From: Azolla caroliniana
Taxonomy: Eukaryota; Plantae; Polypodiophyta
Assembly: GCA_043228905.1 (NCBI GenBank)
Contig: JBHGNT010000011.1
Location: forward strand, 1,550,001-1,614,000
Reading direction: 5' to 3'
Length of the DNA stretch: 64,000 nt
How positions within the stretch are numbered: position 1 is the stretch's first letter; each line of letters begins with the position of its first letter. Positions 50,303 through 63,336 of the stretch are shown piece after piece. Made by a program: the position numbers and the translations under genes. The notes under the pieces were generated by a model. The model saw only the letters and a list, made by a program, of their open reading frames with translations, did not search any database and had not been told where the DNA came from.

Positions 50303-53300
50303 CACAAAGGAAACGTTATATTCCAATAGCAACTGTTACAAATGACAAAACAACAACCTTCACTAAAGGTTACAAAGTCACTTTATATAGTGACTATCCT
50401 AGGGCAACTACTCTTTATGCTATTTATAGAAATAGCCTGAACTTGGGCTGTCCAAAGGGACAATGTGAATACGGCCATTATACACTCGTATTGGACACTC
50501 CCCCGTAATGGGCGTATACATGGGTTATCTTAAAGAATTACAGGTGTATATACAAGGTTTATCGGACAGATCGGTTTTGTCAGAGTCGGCAAGATCCGAA
50601 GATAGAAGACCCAATCGGTCGGGTCGGAAGAGCTAAAGCCGATCCTCAGAGAACCGATGTCGGTGGTCCGAAACCATCATGTGTTGTGTGTCCAACTTTA
50701 ACCGGACTGATTTTTTGTTACGCCCATTTGGTGCCGAAGGGACCGGAAACGATCCGCCGAAAGACACTTGGTCATTCTATCTACGACATTATTGGTTGTG
50801 GATATCTTCTCGAGACCGATTTTCCCTGAAATGACACAGTCCCGAACGAAGTGATATCGAATGTCGATATGCTTAGAGGCGTTGTGGTGAACTGGATTTT
50901 TTGACAAAGCAAAAACACCCTGACTGTTGCTGTAGACAACTAGAGCCGAGTCGGAGTCGACCTGTCGAAACGTGTGCGCCAGCCGACCGAGACATAAAGC
51001 TTCTTTTGCTGTGTCGGACACAACTACATATTCTGCTTTGGTCGTTGAGGTGGCTGTGCACTCCTGATGTTTTGACTTCCACGAGATTGCTCCATTGCCG
51101 AATTTGAAACATTATCCGGTTGTTGATTTCCGACTGTCCACACAGCCGACGAAGTCCGAGTTGGTGTACCGACTACGCCTGAGGTTGAGTTCGGGCCGAA
51201 AAGAATGCCATGGTCTTTTGTGCCAGCTAGATATCTGAACACATGCTTGACTACGTTCCAGTGCGATCGGCCGGGATTGTGCATGAATCTGCTGACGACT
51301 CCTACGGCGTGAGAAATATCAGACCGTGTCGCGACCATCGCGTACATGAGGGAGCCGACTGCCGGTACATACGGTACTGACTTCATATCTTCCCCCTCCG
51401 GACCGGATGTCGGACAATCTCGATGAGACAGCCGAAGGTTAATGGGGAGCGGGGTTGAAGCAGGCTTGGCTGATTGCATGTTGAAGCGTTCTAAGACACG
51501 TTCGATGTAGTCGGTTTGAGACAAGAAAAGTTGTCATGTATCGCGAGACCGACTAATCTTCATACCAAGTATGTGTCTTGCCGGACCGAGGTCCTTCATG
51601 GAAAACTTCAACCGCAGTTGCCGAACGAGTTCGGTGAGCTCTCCGCCATGCCGATCGGAGAGTAGCATGTCGTCCACGTAGATGATGAGGAAGACGGGAG
51701 ACCCGTCTTGATCTGTTTTGGTGAAGAGACAGTGGTCCTCGTCGCTCTTTGAGAAGCCGACCGATTGGATGAAGTCGTCGAACTTCTTGTACCACTGTCG
51801 GGGTGCCTGTTTCAGGCCGCATTTGCCGAACGAGTTCGGTGAGCTCTCCGCCAAACCGACCGGAGAGTAGCATGTCGTCCACGTAGATGATGAGGAAGAT
51901 GGGAGACCTGTCTTGATCTGTTTTGGTGAAGAGACAGTGGTCCTCGTCACTCTTTGAGAAGCCGACCGATTGGATGAAGTCGTCGAACTTCTTGTACAAC
52001 TGTCGGGGTGCCTGTTTCAGGCCGTAGAGACTCTTATTGAGTCGGCATACTAGATGTTCCTGGCCGGATGCGACAAAGCCTTTCGGCTGGTCCATATAGA
52101 TTTCCTCCTATAGGTCACCATGGAGGAATGCCGTTTTTACATCTAGCTGAATCAGCTCCAAGTTGTCGGCGGCCACGACGCCGAGCATGAAACGAAGGGT
52201 CGTCATTTTCACCATTGGTGAAAAGATTTCGTAGAAGTCGACGCCATATTCTTGTCAAAATCCTTTTGCAACTAATCTGGCCTTGTACTTTGGGGTGGTC
52301 GAGTCGGACGTCTCTTTTAGTCGATAGACCCACTTACACGGAAGAGCACGTCGATTCTTCGGTAATTCGACCAAGTCCCAAGTCTTGTTTGCCCGAATGG
52401 AGTGCATTTCCGACTCCATCGCCAGAAGCCATGTGGTTGAATCGGCAGATTCCGTTGCTTCTTCGTAAGACGTTGGTAAAAAAAATTCCGGGAGAGTACC
52501 TCTCCGGAGGTTGCGACAGTCTCTCGGATTTGCGAGGTATGACTGGACTAGTCGCACTGGGTGTCAATGTTGGATGGTTGAGAGCCGAGCCATTCGGCTG
52601 TACCGAATCGGTGGATTCGGTGTGAGAGTTGTCGGTTACCCATGAAACCGATCTCGTGTTGTGGGGTAGGCCATCATGAAGGGTTGGCACTTCGGAAAAT
52701 ATTACCGTTTTATGCATAGCCGTCTCGTTGAACACGACGTCAGAACTTTAGACGATTTGTCTGTGCTCGGGGTCCCAGAGTCAGTATCCAATCTCACCGT
52801 CGGGTCCATATCCAAGAAAAACACATTTCCTTGACCTTGGTTCAAGTTTCCGGCGGTCGTCTTTTGGTATGAGAGCATACGCCTCGCAATAGAAGATCCT
52901 CAGTTTGTCATAATTCGGCTTATTGCCGGTCCATATTTCCTGAGGTATTTGAAGTCCTAGAGGTCTACATGGCGACATATTTATTATGTGTAGTGCCGTA
53001 AGTAGAGCCTCCGCCTAGAAGCCATCCTGCAGTCGGGAGTGTTGGAGCATGGATACTACGCGTTCTTGAATCGTCCGATTCATGCGTTTAGCAATTCCGT
53101 TCTGCTCCGGACTATAGGGTGCCGTATATTCACATCAAATGCCGTGTTCCCAGCAGAATTTGACGAATTCTTTAGACTTGAATTCTCCTCCATTGTTGGT
53201 TCGGAGACATTTCAGTTTCCGACCGGTCTGATTTTCGACCATTGCAAGCCATTCGGAGAAGATCGAGAACACCCGATCTTTGGTTCTGATGGGGTAAGCC

Positions 53301-55555
53301 CACACCTTCCGAGTCGAGTCGTCAATAAAACTGACTAAGTACGAAGCACCGCCGAGAGATTGATGTGGCATAGGGCCACAGACGTCTGAGTGGACCAAAT
53401 CGAGGGGACTCGATTCTCTTGGTGCTGATGTCGGGTGTGATGTGGCTACCTGTTTGCCGTACTGACAATGCTCGCAGAATTGGTGATCCAAGAAGGAGAG
53501 TTTGGGGATGTAACTGGCTTTGGAAAGGTGCGTTATGCCGGCCTTGCTGATGTGTCCAAGTCGTCCGTGCCATAACGATGACACGGGGATATCAACCAAA
53601 AATAAGTCACCCTCTTTGAGTGTGACATATAAAGGATACAAGGGATGTACCTTTGGTCCTCGAGCAAGCAGGAGGTTCCCTTTGTGGAGTGTCCACCCTC
53701 CTGATGAGAATCCGACATGGATGCCAGCTTCGTCAAGTTGTCCAACTAAGATCAAGGGTCTTGAAAGCTCAGGAACGTGTCAGACGTTGTGTAGTACGAG
53801 TGTAGAGCCTCCCAGAAGATTGAGCTCTACGGTGCCGATTCCGATTATAGCACAGTGCTGCGAGTTTCCGACTCGAACTGAGTCGGAGTGCCGGTCCGAG
53901 TATTGCCGAAACTGAGATCGGTGAGGTGTCACATGATACGATGCGCCCGAGTCTAGGAGCCATGTGCTCGACTCCTTAGTTGTAAGCAGAACTTCTGATT
54001 TGAATGGGTTCCCTATGGACAGTATGTTCGGGTCGGTCGTCAAAATTTCGGCTGAAGAGCTGACGTAGTTGATCTCCTCATGTCGGCTACTCTTCTGATC
54101 TGCTCTCTAAGCTTTGTGGGTTTTTGCTTTGAGTGCTCGGCAGTCGGCTTTGATGTGTCCCGGTTTCTTGCAGTAGTTGCAGATTCGGTTGTCCCAGGAC
54201 TTGCTCCGGCTTCGTTGATTGTTCGGCGGTCGGGAAGAACTTCTTCCCCGGTTGTTCGATCGGTCGGTCGAACCTTGTACTACGTAAGCTTCATCTGCCA
54301 AGTCTTTGGCGAAAGACTTTCTCCGAGCTACTTCAGTCAGGATTGCGCTCGTGACTTCGGAGTACTTAACTACAACTGTTGAAGCATTGCACATGGTTGT
54401 AACAAAAGTTTCCCATGAAGAGGGGAGACTACTCATGAATATCATTGCTCTGAGTTCATCCTCGATTGCCATCCCCTGAGACAAGATTTGGGAGCTTATG
54501 CTTTCGTACTCGTTGAGGTGTGCCTGAACCGAATCGGATTCTTTCATCCGCAAGTTGTAGAGGCGCTGAATCAGATACATGTTCGTTACGACAACCTTCT
54601 TTTCACAAGTTTCCGACAGTGTTTTCCAAAGTTCAAACACTGTTATGCATGATTGCACTGTGAAGTACACTGACTCCGACAAGTGCATCCGAATCGTGGT
54701 GCGGACGATTCTGTCCAGCTTTAGCCACTCGTTTGCCTCGTATGCTTCTGGAGGGTTTTCATTCTCAATCGGGTCTATCTGAACCTTGACTATGAGATAG
54801 TCCTGCATTTGTTCCTTCCAGAAGTTGAAGTTTGAACCGACGAACCTCCTTAGACTCATCTCCGATGAGCCGGATGTTGATGCCATCTGCTTTGGTTTCG
54901 GTTGGTAAGACTTGGTTCGGAGTTGACTACGAACCTTAGTGGGGTGCAGCTAGTCGGCTCACTCGATATCGTTCTAGTCGGTTTTGAACCCGAGTAGGTT
55001 TGGTTTCGGATACATGTTGCTGAACTTGCTCGGAGTGACTCCGGTAACTTGAGGGACAAAACTGGCTAGTCTTCCCAAATGTTGCCGAGTCGGAGTGAGC
55101 CCGGTTAGCTTCCGATTGTATGCCAAATACCGATTACACGAAACTGATTGTTTGGGCCGATTCTGCTTCGGATGACTGCAACGATGAGAGGGACGGATCC
55201 AACTGATCCTCCCAAATGTCGATCAGCCGAGTGAAGCACGAACTGGTTGGTTCTTGCTCAAGGAGCTCCCCTCAAGCGGATACAATCACAGGAACAGAGT
55301 ACAATCGACTAGCTTACTCCAATTTGTGATTTAACACAGTGAGATGCAAGCTTTTTGTTTTTCTTCTCCCTTCTTTGTTCTTCAAAGAAAACAAAAACAG
55401 AATGTTGTGTTGTGCGATGACGGCCGGCAGCGGGTTGAAGAACCTCCAACGCTCTGATACCAAATGTTGGGGACAAGGCCGTCAATGCGGAAGTGCAAGC
55501 AACATTCGTGATGAAGGAATCTGTGTAAGCATGAGCAAGTTAGACACACAGAGAG

Positions 55556-55593
<38 letters not shown>

Positions 55594-55788
55594 CATAAAG
55601 GAAACGTTATATTCCAATAACAACCGTTACAAATGACGAAACAACAACCTTCACTAAAGGTTACAAAGTCACTTTATATAGTGACTATCCTAGGGCAACT
55701 ACCCTTTATGCTATTTACAGAAATAGCCCGAACTTGGGCTGTCCAAAGGGACAGTGTGAATACGGATATTATACACTCGTATTCGACA
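50159..55788 (-). mobile_element. Copia F inserted in Copia C in opposite orientation
   Basis: LTRs 50159-50497 and 55465-55788, with (GA)n tracts of different length; Met PBS at 55451-55462; PPT near 50498-50509. gag 54107-54886, PR WLLDSGASYH, INT, RT IIYVDDML, RH KHIDIRYH. TSD is degenerate (GGTTG versus GTCTG). Confidence 0.93.
51618..52024 (-). repeat. About 205-bp tandem duplication inside the Copia F RT
   Basis: The GLKQAPRQ..YVDDMLLS..ELVRQ coding block occurs twice (ORFs 51553-52095 and 51534-51950). Confidence 0.92.
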
Positions 55789-56210
55789 GTCTGGTTGGGA
55801 CACATGAGTGAAACTGGTATGAAAGTATTGCCTCGTTTGGGTTACTTGCCATGTCTTCGTTATGCTAATTTTGAACATTGTGATAATTGCATTTATGGTA
55901 AACATGTACAAACATCTCATAACAAGTCTCTTTCGCTGAAGTCATCCCTGCTTGAATTAGTACATTTTGATGTATGTTAGATGCCACGGCTATCATTAGG
56001 GGGAAAGAAATACTTAGTCACTTTTGTTGATGATGCTACACGGAAGGTATGGGTTTACCCTATTCGTAGCAAGGATGAAGTGCTTGACAAGTTTTGAATA
56101 TTTTTGGCATTAGTTGAGAATCAAATTGATAAGACACTTAAGTGTCTTCGCTCTGACAATGGTGGGGAATATGTGTCCAAGGCTTTTCAAGCATTTTGTG
56201 ACAACAAAGG

Positions 56211-56632
56211 TGTTGAGTGGCAAGCTCAATTGGAGCCGGATCGGCTGAATAAGCCTGAGCCGGTGAGCGAGACAGATAGGTGAGCCGGTGAGCACCCGGT
56301 GAGCAAAGAGCCGGTGAGCTGGGGAGATGGTTAGCCGGATCCATCAGTAACCGGAAGCCTAGTAGCAGATAGACTATTAGGGAGTTATTACTCTCGTAGT
56401 TAGTGTCAGACGCTCGAGTGATCATTGAAGTACACCATACTTCTGTAAGTCCGTATGGACTTGTATAAAAGTGTTCGCTGAACACATACTATGTACAGAG
56501 TGTTGATATAATTTTTTGAATAGTGATTTTCTTTCTGCTCTCTCTGTCTCTCCCACGTACTGTTAAGCTCTTCATTAAACCTGTTCTCTGTTTTCTGTTT
56601 TCTATTGCTTCCGCACACTATTTGTTTTTACA
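56211..56632. mobile_element. Solo LTR G (422 bp) in the Copia C integrase
   Basis: TG..CA ends; perfect TSD AAAGG; removal restores NKGIKRELTAPYNP; internal GAGCCGG(TGAGC) repeats. Confidence 0.88.
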
Positions 56633-58719
56633 AAAGGGATAAAGAGGGAACTCACTGCCCCTTATAATCCCCCCCAAAATGGATTTGTAGAGTGTATGAA
56701 TCAGACTATTCAAGATAAGGTTTGTACTATGCTATCTCATGCTGCGTTACCCCATGGTTTTTGGGCAGAGGCTGTTATGACAGTTGTTCACTTGATGAAT
56801 TGGTTACCTAACAGGTCTTTGGGAGGGGGAATACCCCAAGAAGCGTGGTCGGGCAAGCCACCTTCATATGCTCACTTGAAAGTGTTTGGATGTGAGGCTT
56901 TTGTGCACATTCGTAAAGAGGAACACAACAAACTTGAGCCAAAGTCCTGCAAATGTATTTTCCTAGGATATAGTGACGAGGGTGAAATGGGGTATAGATT
57001 GTGGGATCGTGAGAAAAGAAAAATAGTACGCAGCAATGATGTTATCTTCCGGGAAAATCGCATGCATAAACAACCCGAAAAGACTAAGGAAGTACGTAGG
57101 GTTGTATTTCGAGAAGAAATACCTTTTAGACAGGAAAATGTGCCCGCTATACAGCAACAAACACCTGTTGTAAACTTACCTGCAAATGCAGAAAATAAGG
57201 TTGGAAATGATCAACCAGCCTTTGCCAATAATGATGAGCCACCAAATGTGTAGGAACAACTAGAACAACAAGCCGTGAATGCTGATTTGCAAGCTAAAAT
57301 GCTTGGACTGCAAATTGAAAATGATGATTTGCAGCCTCAATAGCTACCAAACAATGAGCATTGGGTTAGGAGATCGTCTAGAGTTACTAGACAACCTGAC
57401 AAATTTGTTCCTGATGCAAACAATGTGGATGATTATGTCATGGTGACTGATTGTGGCGAACCGTCTTGCTTCAAGGAAGCAATGGACAGACAGGACAACA
57501 AGAAATGGTATAAAGCCATGTTGTCAGAGATGGAATCTCTTGAGAAAAATGACACTTGGGTTTTGGTGCAGTTGCCTAAAGGGCAGAAAACACTTCCATG
57601 CAAATGGGTTTATAAAATGAAGGTCATTTCTGATTCCTTGCCAAAGCACAAAGCAAGATTGGTTGCAAAAGGATACAAACAGGAATATGGAATTGATTTT
57701 GATGAGATCTTCTCGCTTGTAGTCAAGATGACTACATTAAGAATCATTTTGGGCTTAGTTGCAACTGAAGATATGGAGCTCATACAGATGGATGTGAAGA
57801 CCGCCTTTTTACATGACGATCTGCATGAATACATATATGCAGCAGCCTGAAGGTTTTGTGGCTAAAGGCAAACAGAAGATGGTTTGTAAGCTCAAAAGGA
57901 GTTTGTATGGGTTGAAACAAGCACCAAGAGAATGGTATCATAAATTTGATGCATTTATGCAGTCTCAAGGTTTTCGTGTAAGTCAAGTGGACCACTGCTT
58001 GTACACCACAAAGGCAACCTGATTATCTTGGTTTTGTATGTTGATGATATGTTGATTGCTGGCAAGGATATTCATGCCTTGGATTCATTGAAGCAAAGCC
58101 TTCATGGCAGCTTTGATATGAAGGATCTTGGTGATGCAAATCACATCCTTGGCATGCGAATACTCTGAAACCAGTCGAAAGGGGTACTCTTTTTATCTCA
58201 GCAGGAGTATATCTCTAAGGTTTTGCAGCGTTTCAATATGGAGGGGGGGAAAACAATTGGGGTTCCATTGCCTCCATATTTGAAACTTAGTGCAAAAGAC
58301 AACCCTACATCTGATGATGAGAAGGTTGAAATGGCTAAGGTTCCATATGCTTCAGCCGTTGGAAATTTGATATATGTGATGGTTGCTGTTACGGGCATGA
58401 CCATATAATATCCCGTGGTGAGAATTTACCGTAGTATTCTATACACGTGGATAAGTGTGAGGGTTAAACGAGAGTGTAAACGAGAGGGTTAAACTAATGT
58501 TTCTTTTGTTGGTCTTATCTTCTCGATGGATGGCGATTGATCGTTATGCAGTTGGCCTTCATGCAGACAAGGATCAACAAGGAACTTCGGTAATCTTTCT
58601 TGTTATTTTTTCTCTATTTTTTCTTATCCCATCTAATCATGTGTATGGTTAATATGTAGATTATTTTCATTAATCAAATGATGTTGTAGTGGTATTTAAT
58701 TGGTTATCTAAAACGCTTA

Positions 58720-58990
58720 CATATGTGCACGAGGTCAATACCTTGTTTGACATATAAATAATATGTGATGAGTGTCGTATGCGTACGAGGTTAATACCTC
58801 AATTACGTATTACGTTCACGAACATATGTTACGTTTGTGTATGAGGTCAACACCTCGATTTTGTTGTAAATGATATGCATTTGGTCTCGTATGCATAAGA
58901 GGTCAATACCTCAATTGCGTATTACGTTGAACCCTTATGTTTGGATGTCTCGTGTGCGTAGAGGTATATGCCTCGATTACGTATCTGGAT
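58720..58990 (+). repeat. Five hairpin-core repeats GAGGT-N4-ACCTC, spaced 56/56/56/62 bp
   Basis: Cores start at 58731, 58787, 58843, 58899 and 58961. Confidence 0.85.
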
Positions 58991-60169
58991 TACGTCATTT
59001 TTGGCTATTAAATATAACGATTTCTTTAATATAGGCATATGTGGTCACGTGTAAACGTAGTTGATCGTATATATGTGATAATATACATATGTGTATATAA
59101 GTTATTACGTGATTTTAAATCAAATGTTTTCCTTTTCGGGGAAAGGTTCTTGGTGGCCGTCCTCACATTTTTGTGAGAATCGTGTTGTCTCCATCCCTTT
59201 TTTCAACAATTTTTTATTGTTGAAATCCCCGTTGGTGACTTCGATATTTCGTTACGTAAAGAAACGCCTATAGCCATAATGATGTTGTGTACGTAGGGTT
59301 TGACCCACTTCATGTGAGGTCGCTCGTATGACACACGTATCCAACATCCCTCCCTCATTACATGGATACGATGCCACCATGAGATCATTCTTATGAGAGG
59401 CATTCGTAATGACGTGACCATGTGATGGGCCACGTGGGCCTACTACAGAAAGAGGGCTCATTTGGCTTGACCATTAGGTTGCACTTTGGCGTATGCCATC
59501 ATAATTACGAGACTTGAGGTTAGGTAACGTACCAACATAGTTGTAGTAAATGAGGGCGAAATGAGGATTCTTGACATATATGTTTCTTTGAAAAAAACAT
59601 ATATGGGCAAATGCCTCGCATATCTCTTATATGCATGAAACATTAAACATTCAAGAAGAGCAACCTACTTGGTTGGCTCAAATGTTTAATGCATTTGTTC
59701 TCGAGGTCTCGAGTTAGAATGTGACCAAGACCATACAACATCCTTGATACATATGATTATAACCCATGTTTAGACTTGAGGTCTAAGTGCACTTCGGGGT
59801 CCTCGTGAGAGGACTTAAAGAGCCGAAACCACATATGTGGGCACCGAAACATAGTTTATGGTTAACATTTTTTATCGTGTATAAACTACTCATGACGCGG
59901 ACATACATGGTTGAGCCTCGGGGAGCCACCATGAAAAAATCGATATAGAGATTAGGGAAAGACATTTATTTGTCACCCCCATGGTTTTTAAAACACCTTT
60001 GTGTTACCATAGTAACCTGATCTTGAACCTCATCTCATACGTCTAGAGGGGTATTGACGTGAGATCATGATATCGATTAATGTTTGCCCATGATATCTTT
60101 ACATCACGACATGATGTTAAGACTATCTCTCTGACCTTATCCTATTTCTTTTCCAGAAATAATCATTTA

Positions 60170-62122
60170 ATGGCTCAAAATAACGACCCGATGTCATCCG
60201 CTCAAGCGGAAGGAACTCAAGGGAATCCTCCTGGATAAATGTCCATTGAGATGTATTTTTCGCAAATAACCCAATACCTTAGTTTCATCGCTCAATAGAT
60301 GACCGAACTTCGGCAATCTCAAAGTGCTCTCGAGGCACGTGTCATTAGTCTACAACGTGAGACTAATAGACCTGATGAGCGACAGGGTGAACCATCGTTT
60401 GTCATTAAGCCATTTACGAGAGACAAAAAGGAAAGAACCGAAGAAGCAATCTGCACATGGCTGGGCCGATGGGAGTCCCATTTTGAGCTCTATCCTACGC
60501 CAGATAGTACGAAGATTGCATATGTTGGCCGAGAACTAGGGGGTAAGGCCGCTGCCTGGTGTCGTGGGCTCCGTACTTTAGGGAAATTGCCCGATACCTG
60601 GACAGATTTTGTCATAGTTTTCAAGGGCCAATTTTTGCAACCTCTCTTTCGAACCAAGGCAGCACAAGCTTTAATGAACCTCTCTAGTCGGAAATTTTCC
60701 TTGCTAGAAGACTATGTCCACCATGCTAGAACCCAAATCCAAAAATCGGGTCTAGAAGGGGACAATTGGTTAATAGCTTGTTTTGTCAATGGCATCCCCA
60801 ATTCGGACTATCACTGGATAGTGCACAATAAGGATCCAAAATCCTTCGAAGAGGCCATTGAAATAGTTCTTCGCTATCAACACACTTCAAAGAAGGACCA
60901 CAATAAACCCAACGAAGCGCCCGTGACTAAGCAGTCGCAATTCGCTGGGAAACGCAAGACACCCAACGAATTCATGGATCGCGATTGTAAGCGACAACAT
61001 CGCTTTTGTGTATTCTGCAAAAAGAAAGGTCATACAAAAGAACAATGTCGAAAGCTCCAACGGAAAGAGCACGAAAACAAAGCTAAACCTGCAGACCATA
61101 AAGGTCAAATTCCTAATGTCCTTCAGGTCTATACACATCATTTAAGTAATTGTCAATGTTCTTTCCCTCACTATGTATTGGGTCCCAATGATTTACTACG
61201 TGCAAATGGGTATATCAATGGATCTCCTGTACAATTTTTGTTTGATTCGGGAAGCTCACACAACTTTGTGAATGATCGTTTGGTTCAGATATGGGGAATC
61301 CAACCCACCGTAAGTGATCACACCATTACGGTGCACTTGGCTAATGGAAGAGTACAATACATTAACGGGGCGATTCATTCATTAGGAATTTCTATTGACA
61401 CTTATATAGAGGAAGTAGACTTCCATGTAATGAATCTTTGTACCACTGAAGTAATACTGGGTTATCCCTGGTTCTATAATAAAAGCTCTTCTTTATCTAT
61501 TGATTGGGTTCATCATTCAATTACATTTGTATTGAACGATTGTACTCATTTTATTCAACGTGTAAAAAAACAATCCCTCTTGATTGTTTCCTCGTGTCCA
61601 TCAATATCCGAGTTGTCTTGTTCTACTCTCTTTTATTGTGTACTTGATCCGGACATTCACGTTTACAATATCGATAATGTCTCGGTTCAATTAACATATT
61701 TTGAACAACAACAACTTGATGAAATCTTAAATGATTTTCGTGATGTTTTTCCGAGTGAACTACTAGATGGCTTACCTCCTAAACGTAATATAGACCATCG
61801 TATAGATATTGTACCTGGTGTTGCACCAATAAGTATACCTCCTTATCGCTTAAGTCGATCCGAAGAGGATGAGGTATCTAAGCAACTCAAGGACTATTTA
61901 CGAATGGGTTATATACGTTATAGTAAATCTCCATGGGGTGCACCAATTCTCTTGGTTAAAAAGAAAGAGGGCACATGGCGTATGTGTATTAATTACCAAC
62001 GCTTGAATAAAGTGACGATCAAGAATTCGTATCCACTGCCCCGGGCTGACGATCTAATTGACCGTCTCCAGGGAGCTCGGTATTTTACGAAACTTAATCT
62101 CCAACCATTAGGCCAAGTGTGA
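60170..62122 (+). pseudogene. Gypsy H gag-protease-RT N-terminus, truncated
   Basis: ORF 60299-62122: gag core, [68 protein letters not shown]; it ends before the YxDD motif. The in-frame ATG at 60170 is separated from the ORF by two stops. Confidence 0.9.
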
Positions 62123-63129
62123 ACATGGTTGGGGGCCTTGGGTATCACTATAAATAGAGGCCTAGCGACCCTCATTTCAGGATCTTGTTGACTACGTCGA
62201 GACTCTATCTTGTGGTGGGTCAACTCTTGTAGTGAGTGCGCCAGCACCAGGTACGACTCGACACCACGACGGTGGTATGGGACGCCGATCGAGGCTCGAG
62301 TCCATCTCGATCCCTTCTCTCGGGGGTGGTCGGGTGGATCGACACCCTTCTTTCTCTCTCCCCTTTCTTTCTTTCTATCTAGATCTATCCTTATCTAATG
62401 CATACTTTAGTACATGTCTCTAATAGTTGCTACATGCCTTGATATTGCTTTTGCAGTGGGAGTGGTTAGTAGGTACATGGAAAATCTCGGCAAAAAGCAT
62501 TGGGAAGCGGTGAAAGGTATTATGAGATACCTCAAAGGCACAAAGGACTTGTGTATTTGCTTTGGAAAGCAAAAGGCATCTGTCATTGGTTTTACGGATG
62601 TGGACTATGCTGGTCACACAGACTGCAAGAATTCTACTTCTAGGTATGTGTTCACTTTCACAGGAGGAGCGGTCTCTTGGATCTCCAGACTACAGAAGTG
62701 TGTTGCATTGTCTACTATAGAGGCAGAGTATGTTGCTGCCATTGAGGCATGCAAAGAGGCTTTATGGCTTTCATATCTAGTGAGAGATCTTGGCACTACA
62801 GAGTTACCTATTCTTCATTGTGACAACTAGAGTGCTATCATGCTAGCTTGGAATCCCATCTTTCATGCAAAGACGAAGCATATAGAGGTGAAGTATCACT
62901 TCATCAGAGATGTACTTGAAAACAAGAACATTGAGCTTCTCAAAGTACATACAAATAATAATCCTGCAGATCTTCTCACAAAGGGTCTTCCAACTGAGCG
63001 ATTTGCTCATTGCCGACAGATGATGGGAGTTGGACAGATGTATGTAGTTCAATTTTGTACATACTTGGACTTAGCTAACTTTCTTTTTTTCTTTTTTCTC
63101 TCATGGCACATTGCCTTTAGGTGGGAGGT

Positions 63130-63336
63130 TGTTAGGAATAAAGGGCCATCGTGCCTTTTATTAGTGCACGAATGTGAATGCACTCGTATCACACTTTTGA
63201 CTTGTATATACATAATATCTAAAAACCAAAAAAGAGGTACACTCTTTGTACCCAAGACAACGTGCATCTCTCTCTCTCACTTAGACTCTATCCCTCTCTA
63301 TTTTTGACCTAAACCCTAATCCTCGTGCTACCTTCA
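63130..63336 (+). repeat. Copia C 3' LTR
   Basis: Followed by TSD CGAGT. Confidence 0.95.

Larger units (their letters stand above)
58387..62425 (+). mobile_element. Gypsy H, chromovirus-type RT, internally deleted, inserted in the Copia C RT
   Basis: TSD GTTGC on both sides; termini TGTTA..TAATA. Long leader, gag-PR-RT(N), then an abrupt jump near 62100 to an LTR-like tail with TATAAATA. No intact 5' LTR or PBS recognised. Confidence 0.85.
48424..63336 (+). mobile_element. Copia C, decayed, inserted in Copia B; hosts F, G and H
   Basis: 207-bp LTRs at 48424-48630 and 63130-63336; perfect TSD CGAGT; PBS TGGTATCAGAGC at 48634-48645; PPT AGGTGGGAGG. gag/PR about 48842-50158, INT/RT 55789-58386, RH 62426-63040. 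Confidence 0.95.

Noticed and set aside
58720-58990. CRISPR array
   Set aside because: Eukaryotic retroelement context, no cas genes, degenerate repeats, and linkers related to one another.
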